DNA of 40,372 nucleotides from a virus. Its lineage: Duplodnaviria; Caudoviricetes. The notes beneath the pieces were generated by a model. The model was not told the DNA's origin. It worked only from the letters and a program-made list of their open reading frames with translations, and did not search any database. Shown here piece by piece: positions 1 to 8,782 of this stretch (position 1 is the first letter of the stretch; every line of letters begins with the position of its first letter). The stretch spans positions 1 to 40,372 of the IMG/VR virus record IMGVR_UViG_3300021368_002115, one strand, 5' to 3'. A program made the position numbers and the translations under genes.

Positions 1-993
1 AGTAGTACGAATCAATACAAAGATATTACAGGTCAAGTAACAAATAACATAAATAGTTCCGCTATAACATTTTCTTTAGGTAATACATCTGAGTGGAGAT
101 TTGTTGATACTTATCAAACAAGTATATTTACATACCAATATGTGGAAATGGGAAGTATGGTTGTAGCAAATCAAGCATCTGTTCAAAGTCCTGGTAATGG
201 AAGTTATACAGTAAGAGTTTATCCTGTTTCAAATAATACTGGTACCTCAAACAAAACTAATACTTTAACTTTTACTGCCGGTAGTGATAGTGATACTACA
301 ACATTAACTCAATTGTTCCAAACTGTTTGGACAGCATCTCCATCTTCACTTTCATTTGTACAAGGCGGTGGAACAGAAAATATTACACTTAACACATCAT
401 TTAGTTGGACAGCATCGGTAAGTGGTACTGGATTCAGTTTAAGTGTAACAAGTGGTACTGCAGGAACTCATACAATTGGAGTAACTGCTCTATCAAATAG
501 TGGTGGAGCAAGGACAGGTACAGTTACAATATCAGCATCAGGTCAAACTGACCACACAATTTCATTATCACAAGCAGGAGCAGATTCTAATTTAGATGTA
601 AGTTGGAATAATGGATTTACTTATGAGGAAGGTGGTGATACAAGTACACTAACATTATCAAATAACTCATCACAATATAGAGAATATAATATTTACGCTA
701 GACAAGATTATGGTTCAACTGTAACTTGGTCAATTAATTATGGTACTTCAAATGCAGTATGGAATACTGGTGGTAGTACAAGTACATCAGACCAAACTGC
801 TACAGTTGGAACAACTGCAGTTTATAAAACTTTACGAGTACTTGCAAATTCAAGTTCAGGTAATGTAACATTCCAAGTAGAAGTAACCTCAACTACTTCA
901 ACAGATACATATATAAGAACTTATACACATACTGGTACTGGTTCTGGTCCTGGTGGTGGTGGTGATGGACCACCAGAAGAACCTCAGCTATAA
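1..993 (+). CDS. Ser/Thr-rich beta-sandwich (BACON-like) repeat protein, 5'-partial; probable virion tail/adhesin component
   Basis: Frame 1 is open from base 1, so the gene starts upstream of the window. The segment ASPSSLSF..GGTENITLNTSFSWTAS..SVTSG..IGVTALSN..ARTGTVTI..TISLSQAG has the BACON pattern. Ends in a Gly/Pro tail. Confidence 0.7.
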   Translation, partial: SSTNQYKDITGQVTNNINSSAITFSLGNTSEWRFVDTYQTSIFTYQYVEMGSMVVANQASVQSPGNGSYTVRVYPVSNNTGTSNKTNTLTFTAGSDSDTTTLTQLFQTVWTASPSSLSFVQGGGTENITLNTSFSWTASVSGTGFSLSVTSGTAGTHTIGVTALSNSGGARTGTVTISASGQTDHTISLSQAGADSNLDVSWNNGFTYEEGGDTSTLTLSNNSSQYREYNIYARQDYGSTVTWSINYGTSNAVWNTGGSTSTSDQTATVGTTAVYKTLRVLANSSSGNVTFQVEVTSTTSTDTYIRTYTHTGTGSGPGGGGDGPPEEPQL

Positions 994-1009
994 AAAAATA
1001 TTACTTTAT

Positions 1010-1018
1010 ATATTTATA
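1010..1018 (+). promoter_or_regulatory. ATATTTATA motif, candidate late promoter
   Basis: The same 9-mer recurs in eight intergenic gaps. This copy is 12 nt before the ATG at 1031. Confidence 0.6.
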
Positions 1019-1030
1019 TAAAAGGTTACG

Positions 1031-2095
1031 ATGAAGAAGAAAAAGATACCACCATGGATATTATTAGTTTGTACCGGAGCAGGTAACAACATACAAGGTG
1101 GAGCTGATATTTGGGTAAACAACTTCTTAAAAGAAGTTTGGCCATCGTTACCTAATAAAAAAAGGTTTAGATTACTTATTGATTCTAAAAGACCTTCTAA
1201 TTTCAAAGAAACTTCTTTACCAATTGGTTTGAAATACCATTTTCATTTTGATGACCCATCTTTAACTGAACAATGGGGTAAAGAATCCAAATGGATTCAT
1301 TTTTTACATCCACATTATCATATGAGACCACATCTTTGGGAATTTGAAGATAAATTTGGTGTTTGTTTCGTTCATGCATATCCTAAAGATATGTTACAAG
1401 TTAAAGTTGAACTACCTGAATTAGATAGAGTACAGCTAGGAACAAAAGTTGATGAAAAGTTTTATAGTGAATTCTTGTTAACTTGTAAACGAAGAATATG
1501 GATTGGATTAAATAAATCAAGGTTACTATCAGATTTCCCAAATTACACTTATTATCTTCCTAACTATTATGAGTTCCAAGGGCCAGGTTCATTAACAACT
1601 AATGTTGAAAATGGAATTGTTGCATTTGCAGCAAGAGCAGAATCAAGAAAATGTTTACATTGGATGAATGGTATAGATAAAGGATATGCATTAACATCTC
1701 AATGGGATGTTAAAAACTTAAAAGATGTTACAAGATTTCAGTTACCAACAGTAGATATTTACCAATGGGAACCAGGTATAAAACACGCTTTCTTTACCAA
1801 AGATTGGGGAATATTCCATGGAGCATATTTCAGAGAACCATTTGGATATTCAATATTTGAAGCAGTAGATTATGGAAAGTTACCAATCATAAATAAAGAT
1901 TGGGCACCTGATATTGAATACAAATATAGAGTAAGTACAAAAAATGAATTTGATAAATGCCTCAAACAAATAAAGAAAGATTCTCATGAAACTCGTGTAG
2001 AAGAAAGAAATAAGTTAATAAAATTTATGAAACGTTTTGATAATAAAAATGAGTGGGTAGACCAAGTAAGAAGTCAAGTTCTATCTTTTTATTAA
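1031..2095 (+). CDS. GT-B fold (GT4-like) glycosyltransferase
   Basis: N-terminal GGAD loop; C-terminal EPFGYSIFEA (E-x7-E) motif followed by GKLPII. Confidence 0.75.
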   Translation: MKKKKIPPWILLVCTGAGNNIQGGADIWVNNFLKEVWPSLPNKKRFRLLIDSKRPSNFKETSLPIGLKYHFHFDDPSLTEQWGKESKWIHFLHPHYHMRPHLWEFEDKFGVCFVHAYPKDMLQVKVELPELDRVQLGTKVDEKFYSEFLLTCKRRIWIGLNKSRLLSDFPNYTYYLPNYYEFQGPGSLTTNVENGIVAFAARAESRKCLHWMNGIDKGYALTSQWDVKNLKDVTRFQLPTVDIYQWEPGIKHAFFTKDWGIFHGAYFREPFGYSIFEAVDYGKLPIINKDWAPDIEYKYRVSTKNEFDKCLKQIKKDSHETRVEERNKLIKFMKRFDNKNEWVDQVRSQVLSFY

Positions 2096-2123
2096 AATTA
2101 TTTTTCGTTTAATATATTTTTAT

Positions 2124-2132
2124 ATATTTATA
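2124..2132 (+). promoter_or_regulatory. ATATTTATA motif, candidate late promoter for the long modification operon
   Basis: The extended context TATTTTTATATATTTATATACAA is shared with the site at 24364. Confidence 0.6.
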
Positions 2133-2169
2133 TACAAAGGGGGAAAGGGGGTTAGTAGCAGCACTAAAA

Positions 2170-2952
2170 ATGAGTATATTAAATAGACATTTTATAAAAG
2201 ACTTTATAACCAATAACTTAAGCACTAAGAGAGATTCTAATGATAGAGAATATACTGAATCTACTCCTATTAGTTATAGGTGGACTCATGGTGCAACCGA
2301 TGAAACAATGGGAGATGGTTTATTGGTTTATAGTGCAATTCACTACCTTCGTGCTAAAGTATGTGTGTGTTTGGGAAGTGGTGGTGGATTCATTCCAAGA
2401 ATCATGACTCAATCAAGGATAGATTTATATGATGCTGGAATATTTGAAGGGGATAGAGATTATAATTGGGGAGATATTGGAGTTACATTTTTAGTAGATG
2501 CATCAAATGGAGTTGGTGGTAATGTGGATTGGTTAGATGAAAACTCATATTTAAGAAAAAACTTTTTCCCAAGGATTATAAATGATACTACTGAAAACGC
2601 TTATTACAACTTTTTTATAAAAGAAGATATAAAGATTGATTATCTTCATATAGATGCAGGTCATACATACGAGGATGTAAAACTTGATTTTGATTTGTAT
2701 TCTAAATTACTTTCACCACAAGGAATAATATCAATACATGATACTGATGATTCATTTGAAAAAGAATATATCGTAACAAAAGATATATCAGACCAAAATC
2801 ATCACGATGAATTTGTTGATGGCCCATCTAAATTAATTAAAGAATTGAAACATAACTCCGATTGGGAAGTTTTCAACTTTTTTAATAATGGTATATTTAA
2901 GAGTAAGCCGGCATCAACTGGATTAACATTCGTACAACGATGCAAAAAATAA
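2170..2952 (+). CDS. Class I SAM-dependent methyltransferase (Methyltransf_24-like)
   Basis: VCLGSGGG motif I; IDYLHIDAGHTYEDV and GIISIHDT motifs. Confidence 0.8.
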   Translation: MSILNRHFIKDFITNNLSTKRDSNDREYTESTPISYRWTHGATDETMGDGLLVYSAIHYLRAKVCVCLGSGGGFIPRIMTQSRIDLYDAGIFEGDRDYNWGDIGVTFLVDASNGVGGNVDWLDENSYLRKNFFPRIINDTTENAYYNFFIKEDIKIDYLHIDAGHTYEDVKLDFDLYSKLLSPQGIISIHDTDDSFEKEYIVTKDISDQNHHDEFVDGPSKLIKELKHNSDWEVFNFFNNGIFKSKPASTGLTFVQRCKK

Positions 2953-3782
2953 ATTTGGTTACTGTTGTAGGTCATAATACAACACTTCTTCCACACATGC
3001 TTAATCACTATAAGAATATCGTTGATGATATCTATGTTGTGGTTTATAGACAACACGAATTAGATGGAATAGTTGAAGAAGTACGAAATCTAGGCATAAA
3101 ACCATACAAAGTTGTTACAGAACCCAAATTCAATTGGGAAAGAGTAACTGAACTATATAATGAAGTAAAACAAACCAAACCCGATGAATGGTGGGTGGTT
3201 TCGGATGATGATGAACTTCATGTTTACCCAAAATCTTTAACAGAACTTATTACAGAGTGTGAAGATAGTGGGTTTGAATTCATCACAGGAGGATTCCTCG
3301 ATAGGATAGGAGAGGATGGAGAGTTTCCTTTAATAACAAAAGAAACTAATATTTGGAAATCGTTTCCACTTGCAGGATTTTTTAGATATCCTATGAGTGG
3401 AGCGATGCCGAATAAATGTTGTGTTATGAAAGGAAATATAAATGTTACACCAGGTCAACACTTTGCTGTTATTGGTGATACTGATACATGGAGGGAACGA
3501 GGTTGGAATCATCCTAAAAGATATCCAGTAGAAAATGGTCTAATTCAGGTACATCATTTCAAATGGGATTCTTCAGTTCTTGAAAGATTAAAAGAAGTAT
3601 CAGAAACAAAAACAAATTACTCTTATTGGAAAGAGTATAAAAAAATGTATCGTAATATTCAGATTAACGATTGGAAAATTGATATAAATAATTCTGAATT
3701 TATGATTCAAGAAATGAAAGATAATTCTTACCTTGATTATACGAGGTGGAAAGAACTATCAGATGTTATAGTAAAAATATGA
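2940..3782 (+). CDS. GT-A fold glycosyltransferase (GT2 / Glyco_tranf_2_4-like)
   Basis: LLPHMLNHY N-terminus, WWVVSDDDEL (DxD), and PGQH and VHHFKW motifs. Confidence 0.7.
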   Translation: MQKINLVTVVGHNTTLLPHMLNHYKNIVDDIYVVVYRQHELDGIVEEVRNLGIKPYKVVTEPKFNWERVTELYNEVKQTKPDEWWVVSDDDELHVYPKSLTELITECEDSGFEFITGGFLDRIGEDGEFPLITKETNIWKSFPLAGFFRYPMSGAMPNKCCVMKGNINVTPGQHFAVIGDTDTWRERGWNHPKRYPVENGLIQVHHFKWDSSVLERLKEVSETKTNYSYWKEYKKMYRNIQINDWKIDINNSEFMIQEMKDNSYLDYTRWKELSDVIVKI

Positions 3783-5242
3783 AAGATAAGTTAGCAATAA
3801 TTGTTCCATTCCGAGATAGGCAACAACATTTGGATATATTTGTTCCTCACATGCATTCTTTTCTTGAGGATAAAGGAATAGATTACACTATTTTTATTGC
3901 AGAACAAGCAGATGATAGACCATTTAATTATGGAAAATTATGTAATGTAGTTGCAAAGGAAATTGGTAAAGAATATACTTACTTTGTATTTCATGATATC
4001 GATATGTTGCCGGTAGATGATGAATGTGACTACTCATATTCCGATGTTCCTATACATTTAGCCTCACAAGTTCAAGTTCATAATTATAAACTACCATATG
4101 TACAGTACTTTGGTGGAGCTGTATTAATTAGCCGAGAAGATTTTGAAAATGCTAATGGATACTCAAATGAATATTGGGGATATGGGTTTGAGGATTTGGA
4201 TTTACTTTTTAGGTTAAAAGAAAGTGGTGCTTATTTGGAAAAGTTTTATGACTTAAATAAAACATACTCTAGTTACAATACTTTAGATATTTTACCATAT
4301 AGAATAGAGGATGTTAAATTAAGCATCAACGAAAAAACACAGAAGATACAGTATAATACTTTTGATTCTAATTCATATATCTATGGAGTAATGAATAAGT
4401 TTACTACAAAATCAACAAAAGATAGTTTTTGTATTTCATTTTGGTTTAATGATGATTCGGATATAACTGATATTAAAAATCTCATATCTTTTGAGGGTTC
4501 TAATACTGGTGTATTTTTATCAAATGGAAATCAACTAATAGGTCAAATTTGGGATGACTCAGATAATCATAAGGAAATAGTAACAACATACTCTAGAAAT
4601 AGATGGAATCATTGTGTTTTCTCTTTTGATAAGATAGAAAATCAAATAAAACTTTATATAAACAACATAGAGATAACACAAAAACTAGATGAAGGATTTA
4701 ACATATACGACTATACGAATCATTGTATATTAATATCAGATGATAACTCATCTATAAAACTTTCTAATATTTTAATTTATGAAAAAGAAGCTTCTGCTGA
4801 TTTTGTAAATGAAATGTATTATAATGGAGAATCTTATTTAGATTTAATTGAAAATAAATATGGATATTATCCAACAAATTATTTCACATACAATAAAGTA
4901 TATAGAAATGATATTTTACTAGATGATGGTATATCTAAGAATCATATAAAAATTTATGGAAACTTAAATCCATCACTAGAAACAATTCATCTTACAGATG
5001 AGTTGTATTTACCTGTTAGATTGGAAGGAAAGTATAATTCATTAACTCACGATAACGATGAGGATATTGTTAGTTTATATTATGAATATAATCCTGATAT
5101 AACAGAAAATGCAGATATCTTTTTTGAAGATATACTTACTGGCCAAGTTAATTGGAAAGAAATTGGTATAAACTCTTTAGATTATGATATCGTAAAAGAA
5201 GATAAAGAACCTAATTACAAACACTATAAAATAATTACTTGA
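3779..5242 (+). CDS. GT7 (beta-1,4-galactosyltransferase-like) glycosyltransferase with inserted LamG-like domain
   Basis: IIVPFRDR, FNYGKLCN, FHDIDM, YFGG, NGYSNEYWGYGFEDLD motifs; LamG-like WNHCVFSFD..LYINN; C-terminal GINSLDY. Start moved to ATG 3779 (ATGA overlap). Confidence 0.85.
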   Translation: MKDKLAIIVPFRDRQQHLDIFVPHMHSFLEDKGIDYTIFIAEQADDRPFNYGKLCNVVAKEIGKEYTYFVFHDIDMLPVDDECDYSYSDVPIHLASQVQVHNYKLPYVQYFGGAVLISREDFENANGYSNEYWGYGFEDLDLLFRLKESGAYLEKFYDLNKTYSSYNTLDILPYRIEDVKLSINEKTQKIQYNTFDSNSYIYGVMNKFTTKSTKDSFCISFWFNDDSDITDIKNLISFEGSNTGVFLSNGNQLIGQIWDDSDNHKEIVTTYSRNRWNHCVFSFDKIENQIKLYINNIEITQKLDEGFNIYDYTNHCILISDDNSSIKLSNILIYEKEASADFVNEMYYNGESYLDLIENKYGYYPTNYFTYNKVYRNDILLDDGISKNHIKIYGNLNPSLETIHLTDELYLPVRLEGKYNSLTHDNDEDIVSLYYEYNPDITENADIFFEDILTGQVNWKEIGINSLDYDIVKEDKEPNYKHYKIIT

Positions 5243-5243
5243 T

Positions 5244-5501
5244 ATGACAGAAGAACAAGCAAAAGAAATTATTGGTTTACTAAAAGATATATTAGAATCT
5301 ACACAAAATGTAGAAGATTCTCTTTTGGATGCTAATTTTCAAGAACATAATAAAAAAGTAGAATGGAACTTGTGGGAAATACACAATATTGCTAAATTTT
5401 TAGTTAAAGGTAGAAGTGGAACATTAAATTCATTACCAGAAAATAGACCATCAAGAGATGCCGAAAGAAAACAGAATATCTCGGAAGAAGATAACTCATA
5501 A
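5244..5501 (+). CDS. Small helical hypothetical protein (85 aa)
   Basis: Fills the gap between two GT7 genes, with ATG just after the upstream stop. Contains KKVEWNLWEIHN. Confidence 0.65.
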   Translation: MTEEQAKEIIGLLKDILESTQNVEDSLLDANFQEHNKKVEWNLWEIHNIAKFLVKGRSGTLNSLPENRPSRDAERKQNISEEDNS

Positions 5502-6924
5502 ACTTGGTATAATCGTTCCATATAGAGATAGAGAACAACAACTCAAAAGGTTCTTATCTCATATGAAAGAATACATCAAGGATATTGATTACGAAATCTT
5601 CATCATTGAACAATCAGATGATAAACCTTTTAACAGAGGTAAACTTCTGAATGCAGGATATAAGCATGCCGTTGATAAAGGATGTGATTATTTTGTATTC
5701 CATGATGTTGATATGTTACCTGAAGATGTAGATTATTCTTATTCAGATAAACCTCTACATTTAGCAACCCATTTACAAGAACACGATTACGAAACAACAT
5801 TCTTTGATTACTTCGGTGGGGTAACAATGTTTACCAAAGAAGATTTTGAATCTATAAATGGATTCTCTAATGAATATTGGGGCTGGGGATTTGAAGATGA
5901 TGATTTACTAATAAGGTGTGTTGAAAAAAATCTTAATTTAGATTTTGATGTAAGTGGTTTAAGTGAAATAACTACAATAGAAACTTTCAAATTTGATGGA
6001 GGTAGTTCTTCTATCCATCTAGAAGGAAAGGATACTTTTCTATTAGAAGATGATTTCACAATATCAGTATTTGTAAAGCCAGAAAAAATAAAAGTTAGTG
6101 AAAACAAAAATTATGATGAATACCCAATACTATCTATACCAGGCTACAACATTGGATTATTTTACAATTCCTTTCGTAGATTTGTTTGTCAGGTATATGA
6201 TTTAGATAAGAAACCATACTCAATAACAACCGATATATTAGGAGAACGATGGGTTAACCTAACTATGGTTTACAAAAAACCATCTATGATGGGAGGTAGT
6301 AATAAAAATACCTTATCTTTGTATTTGGATGGAAACTTATGTGAAACAATAGAAATGGAAAATGAAATATTAGATTTATCATCTAATCAAATATTCATAG
6401 GAGTTCCAAATAGTAAAAAAACAAACAAAGATTTTTTCTTTGGTCAAATATCAAGTGTTGAGATATACGATATAGGATTACAAGAGGATGAAATAATTGA
6501 AATATATAAAAATTCAAAAAAACCAAAGATAAAAAACTTTGGGAAATACAAATCAAGTAATTTTTTATATACACAAATATTACCTGAAATATCTAATGAT
6601 AAAAAAGCAGTAGATTTGGCTGGAACATATAATGTTAAATTAAATAATATATATTTATATAAAGATACTCAATCATTAAAATCTTTCTTACCAAAACCAC
6701 ATAGAAGAAATAGTAGATTTGTATCACTAGAACATAAATCCAATTCCTCAATAGGAAATAGATGGATTCACAATGAGACACGAAAAAATCAAATAAAATA
6801 CTATAACGAAGTTAGACAAGATATCTCAGATTTTAGAATTGATGGTATAAACACTTTGAGATATAAACTAGTAGAAGAATCATATTTAGATAAGAAGGTA
6901 AATAAAATATCAATACAGTTATGA
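5458..6924 (+). CDS. GT7 glycosyltransferase with inserted LamG-like domain
   Basis: IIVPYRDR, FNRGKLLN, FHDVDM, NGFSNEYWGWGFEDDD motifs; LamG-like WVNLTMVY..LYLDG..FFGQISSVEIY; C-terminal DGINTLRY. Confidence 0.85.
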   Translation: MPKENRISRKKITHKLGIIVPYRDREQQLKRFLSHMKEYIKDIDYEIFIIEQSDDKPFNRGKLLNAGYKHAVDKGCDYFVFHDVDMLPEDVDYSYSDKPLHLATHLQEHDYETTFFDYFGGVTMFTKEDFESINGFSNEYWGWGFEDDDLLIRCVEKNLNLDFDVSGLSEITTIETFKFDGGSSSIHLEGKDTFLLEDDFTISVFVKPEKIKVSENKNYDEYPILSIPGYNIGLFYNSFRRFVCQVYDLDKKPYSITTDILGERWVNLTMVYKKPSMMGGSNKNTLSLYLDGNLCETIEMENEILDLSSNQIFIGVPNSKKTNKDFFFGQISSVEIYDIGLQEDEIIEIYKNSKKPKIKNFGKYKSSNFLYTQILPEISNDKKAVDLAGTYNVKLNNIYLYKDTQSLKSFLPKPHRRNSRFVSLEHKSNSSIGNRWIHNETRKNQIKYYNEVRQDISDFRIDGINTLRYKLVEESYLDKKVNKISIQL

Positions 6925-7331
6925 AAGAAACACCAGAAATAGGAATTATATGCGGTAACTTTGATGTTCTACATCCTGGTTATCTTGAAATGTTTATTGA
7001 GATGGAAAAGAATTGTAAAAAACTTTTTATTTTACTACATGATGACCCTACCATTGAAAGACCTGAAAAGAAAAAACCAATTCTTTCAGTAGAGGAAAGA
7101 AAACAAATGTTATATAAGTTTACAGATGCTCATACAATACTCAGTTATAACACAGAAGAAGAACTTTTATTCTTAATAAAAAGTATAAATCCTGATGTAA
7201 GATTTTTAGGAGATGATTATATTGATAAAGATTACACAGGAAAAGAAATTGGTACTCTTATTCATTGGATAGACCGTTCTCATGGGTGGAGTACAACAAA
7301 ATTCAAACAAAAAATTGCAGATTCAATATGA
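6921..7331 (+). CDS. Cytidylyltransferase (glycerol-3-phosphate cytidylyltransferase/TagD-like)
   Basis: GNFDVLHPGY (HxGH-type with Tyr), GDDY and RSHGWSTT signatures. Confidence 0.8.
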   Translation: MKETPEIGIICGNFDVLHPGYLEMFIEMEKNCKKLFILLHDDPTIERPEKKKPILSVEERKQMLYKFTDAHTILSYNTEEELLFLIKSINPDVRFLGDDYIDKDYTGKEIGTLIHWIDRSHGWSTTKFKQKIADSI

Positions 7332-8782
7332 AACTAGGAGTTTGTGTACCATATAGAAACAGAGAAGCTCACTTAGAAGAGTTTGTACCAAGAGTTGGTG
7401 AATATCTTGAATCTAAAGGTATAGATTATTGTATGTATTTTGGTCATCAAACCGATGATAAATTATTTAATAGAGGTGCAATGAAAAATATTGCAGCAAA
7501 ACATGCTTTTGAAGATGGATGTGATTATATAGTTTGGCATGATATAGATATGATACCTGAATTAGGTGGTGGTGCTGATTATTCTTTTCCAAAAGATAAT
7601 CCAATTCATATTGCAACTCAAATATCACAAATGAACTATCAACTAAAGTATGAAGAATATTTTGGTGGAGCGGTTTTATTTTCAAAAGAACAAGTTGAAA
7701 AAACAAATGGATATTCAAACGACTATTGGGATTGGGGAATGGAAGATGATGATTTATTTTGGAGGTGTGTATTAGAAGGATATGCTGAAACGAAAAAACT
7801 ACCATACTCAGATAAAGAAGAATCTTATATATCTTTTAATGGAATTTCATCTCATGTACAAATACCATCTAGTAGAAGTTTAAGAAATGTTACATCTAGG
7901 TCACATACTATATCAATAGTAGTGAGAGCACAACAACAAGAAGATAAAGTTCCTATATGGTTGGTGGGTGATGAAAATAGGCAGTTTATAGAATTTCCTA
8001 TATTAAGAAGGCCAGGATATGATTATGGGTTAAGTTACAATAATTCTAGAGCTTATACAGCTCAACTTTGGAACAATCAGAAAGAACACTTATATCAATG
8101 GATAAAACGATATGAAAACCAATGGACAGTTATAACTCTAGTTGTTGATACTGATAACTCTAACATTCACTTCTATATGAATGGAAAAGAATCAGATGCA
8201 AGATGGGGAACTGGTACACATTCACCTCTAAAATATCAAGGTAACTTAAAAAGATATGGTAGTGTCCCTTTTTATTTAGGAACAACCACTTCTGTTCCTA
8301 TTGATAATATACAAAGATGGTTTAAGGGAGATATTGCAGACCTTAAAATATACAAAGGAGTATTATCAGATGAGGAAGTAAAGGAAATACCAAAAACAAT
8401 AGCTGATGATAGGTTAGTACTTCATTATGATTTTAGTGATGGAACTGCAACAGATAAATCTGGTAGAGAAAATCATGGAGAAGTTATAAATTGTGATTTT
8501 GAAAAAGGAAATATAGATATTCCACATACTTCTGTACCTCATAGAAGATTAGGTAGATTATTTTGTTTACCACATAAAGATGAAGGATTGGTTGAATCCA
8601 ATGGAGGGGTAATGAAATGGGCAAAAGGAGAAACAACAGCCAGAAACGAAAGAAGATTTGTTCATCAGATGCAGGGAGGAACTTGGGATTATAAAAACGA
8701 TGGTATGAATACCTTAGAGTATAATCTAGTAAGTATTGAAGATATATCTGATAAAGCAAAAATGATAAATGTTACTTTATGA
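7328..8782 (+). CDS. GT7 glycosyltransferase with inserted LamG-like domain
   Basis: VCVPYRNR, FNRGAMKN, WHDIDM, NGYSNDYWDWGMEDDD motifs; LamG-like FYMNG..FKGDIADLKIY..LHYDF..DKSGRENHG; C-terminal DGMNTLEY. Start ATG 7328 (ATGA overlap). Confidence 0.85.
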   Translation: MKLGVCVPYRNREAHLEEFVPRVGEYLESKGIDYCMYFGHQTDDKLFNRGAMKNIAAKHAFEDGCDYIVWHDIDMIPELGGGADYSFPKDNPIHIATQISQMNYQLKYEEYFGGAVLFSKEQVEKTNGYSNDYWDWGMEDDDLFWRCVLEGYAETKKLPYSDKEESYISFNGISSHVQIPSSRSLRNVTSRSHTISIVVRAQQQEDKVPIWLVGDENRQFIEFPILRRPGYDYGLSYNNSRAYTAQLWNNQKEHLYQWIKRYENQWTVITLVVDTDNSNIHFYMNGKESDARWGTGTHSPLKYQGNLKRYGSVPFYLGTTTSVPIDNIQRWFKGDIADLKIYKGVLSDEEVKEIPKTIADDRLVLHYDFSDGTATDKSGRENHGEVINCDFEKGNIDIPHTSVPHRRLGRLFCLPHKDEGLVESNGGVMKWAKGETTARNERRFVHQMQGGTWDYKNDGMNTLEYNLVSIEDISDKAKMINVTL

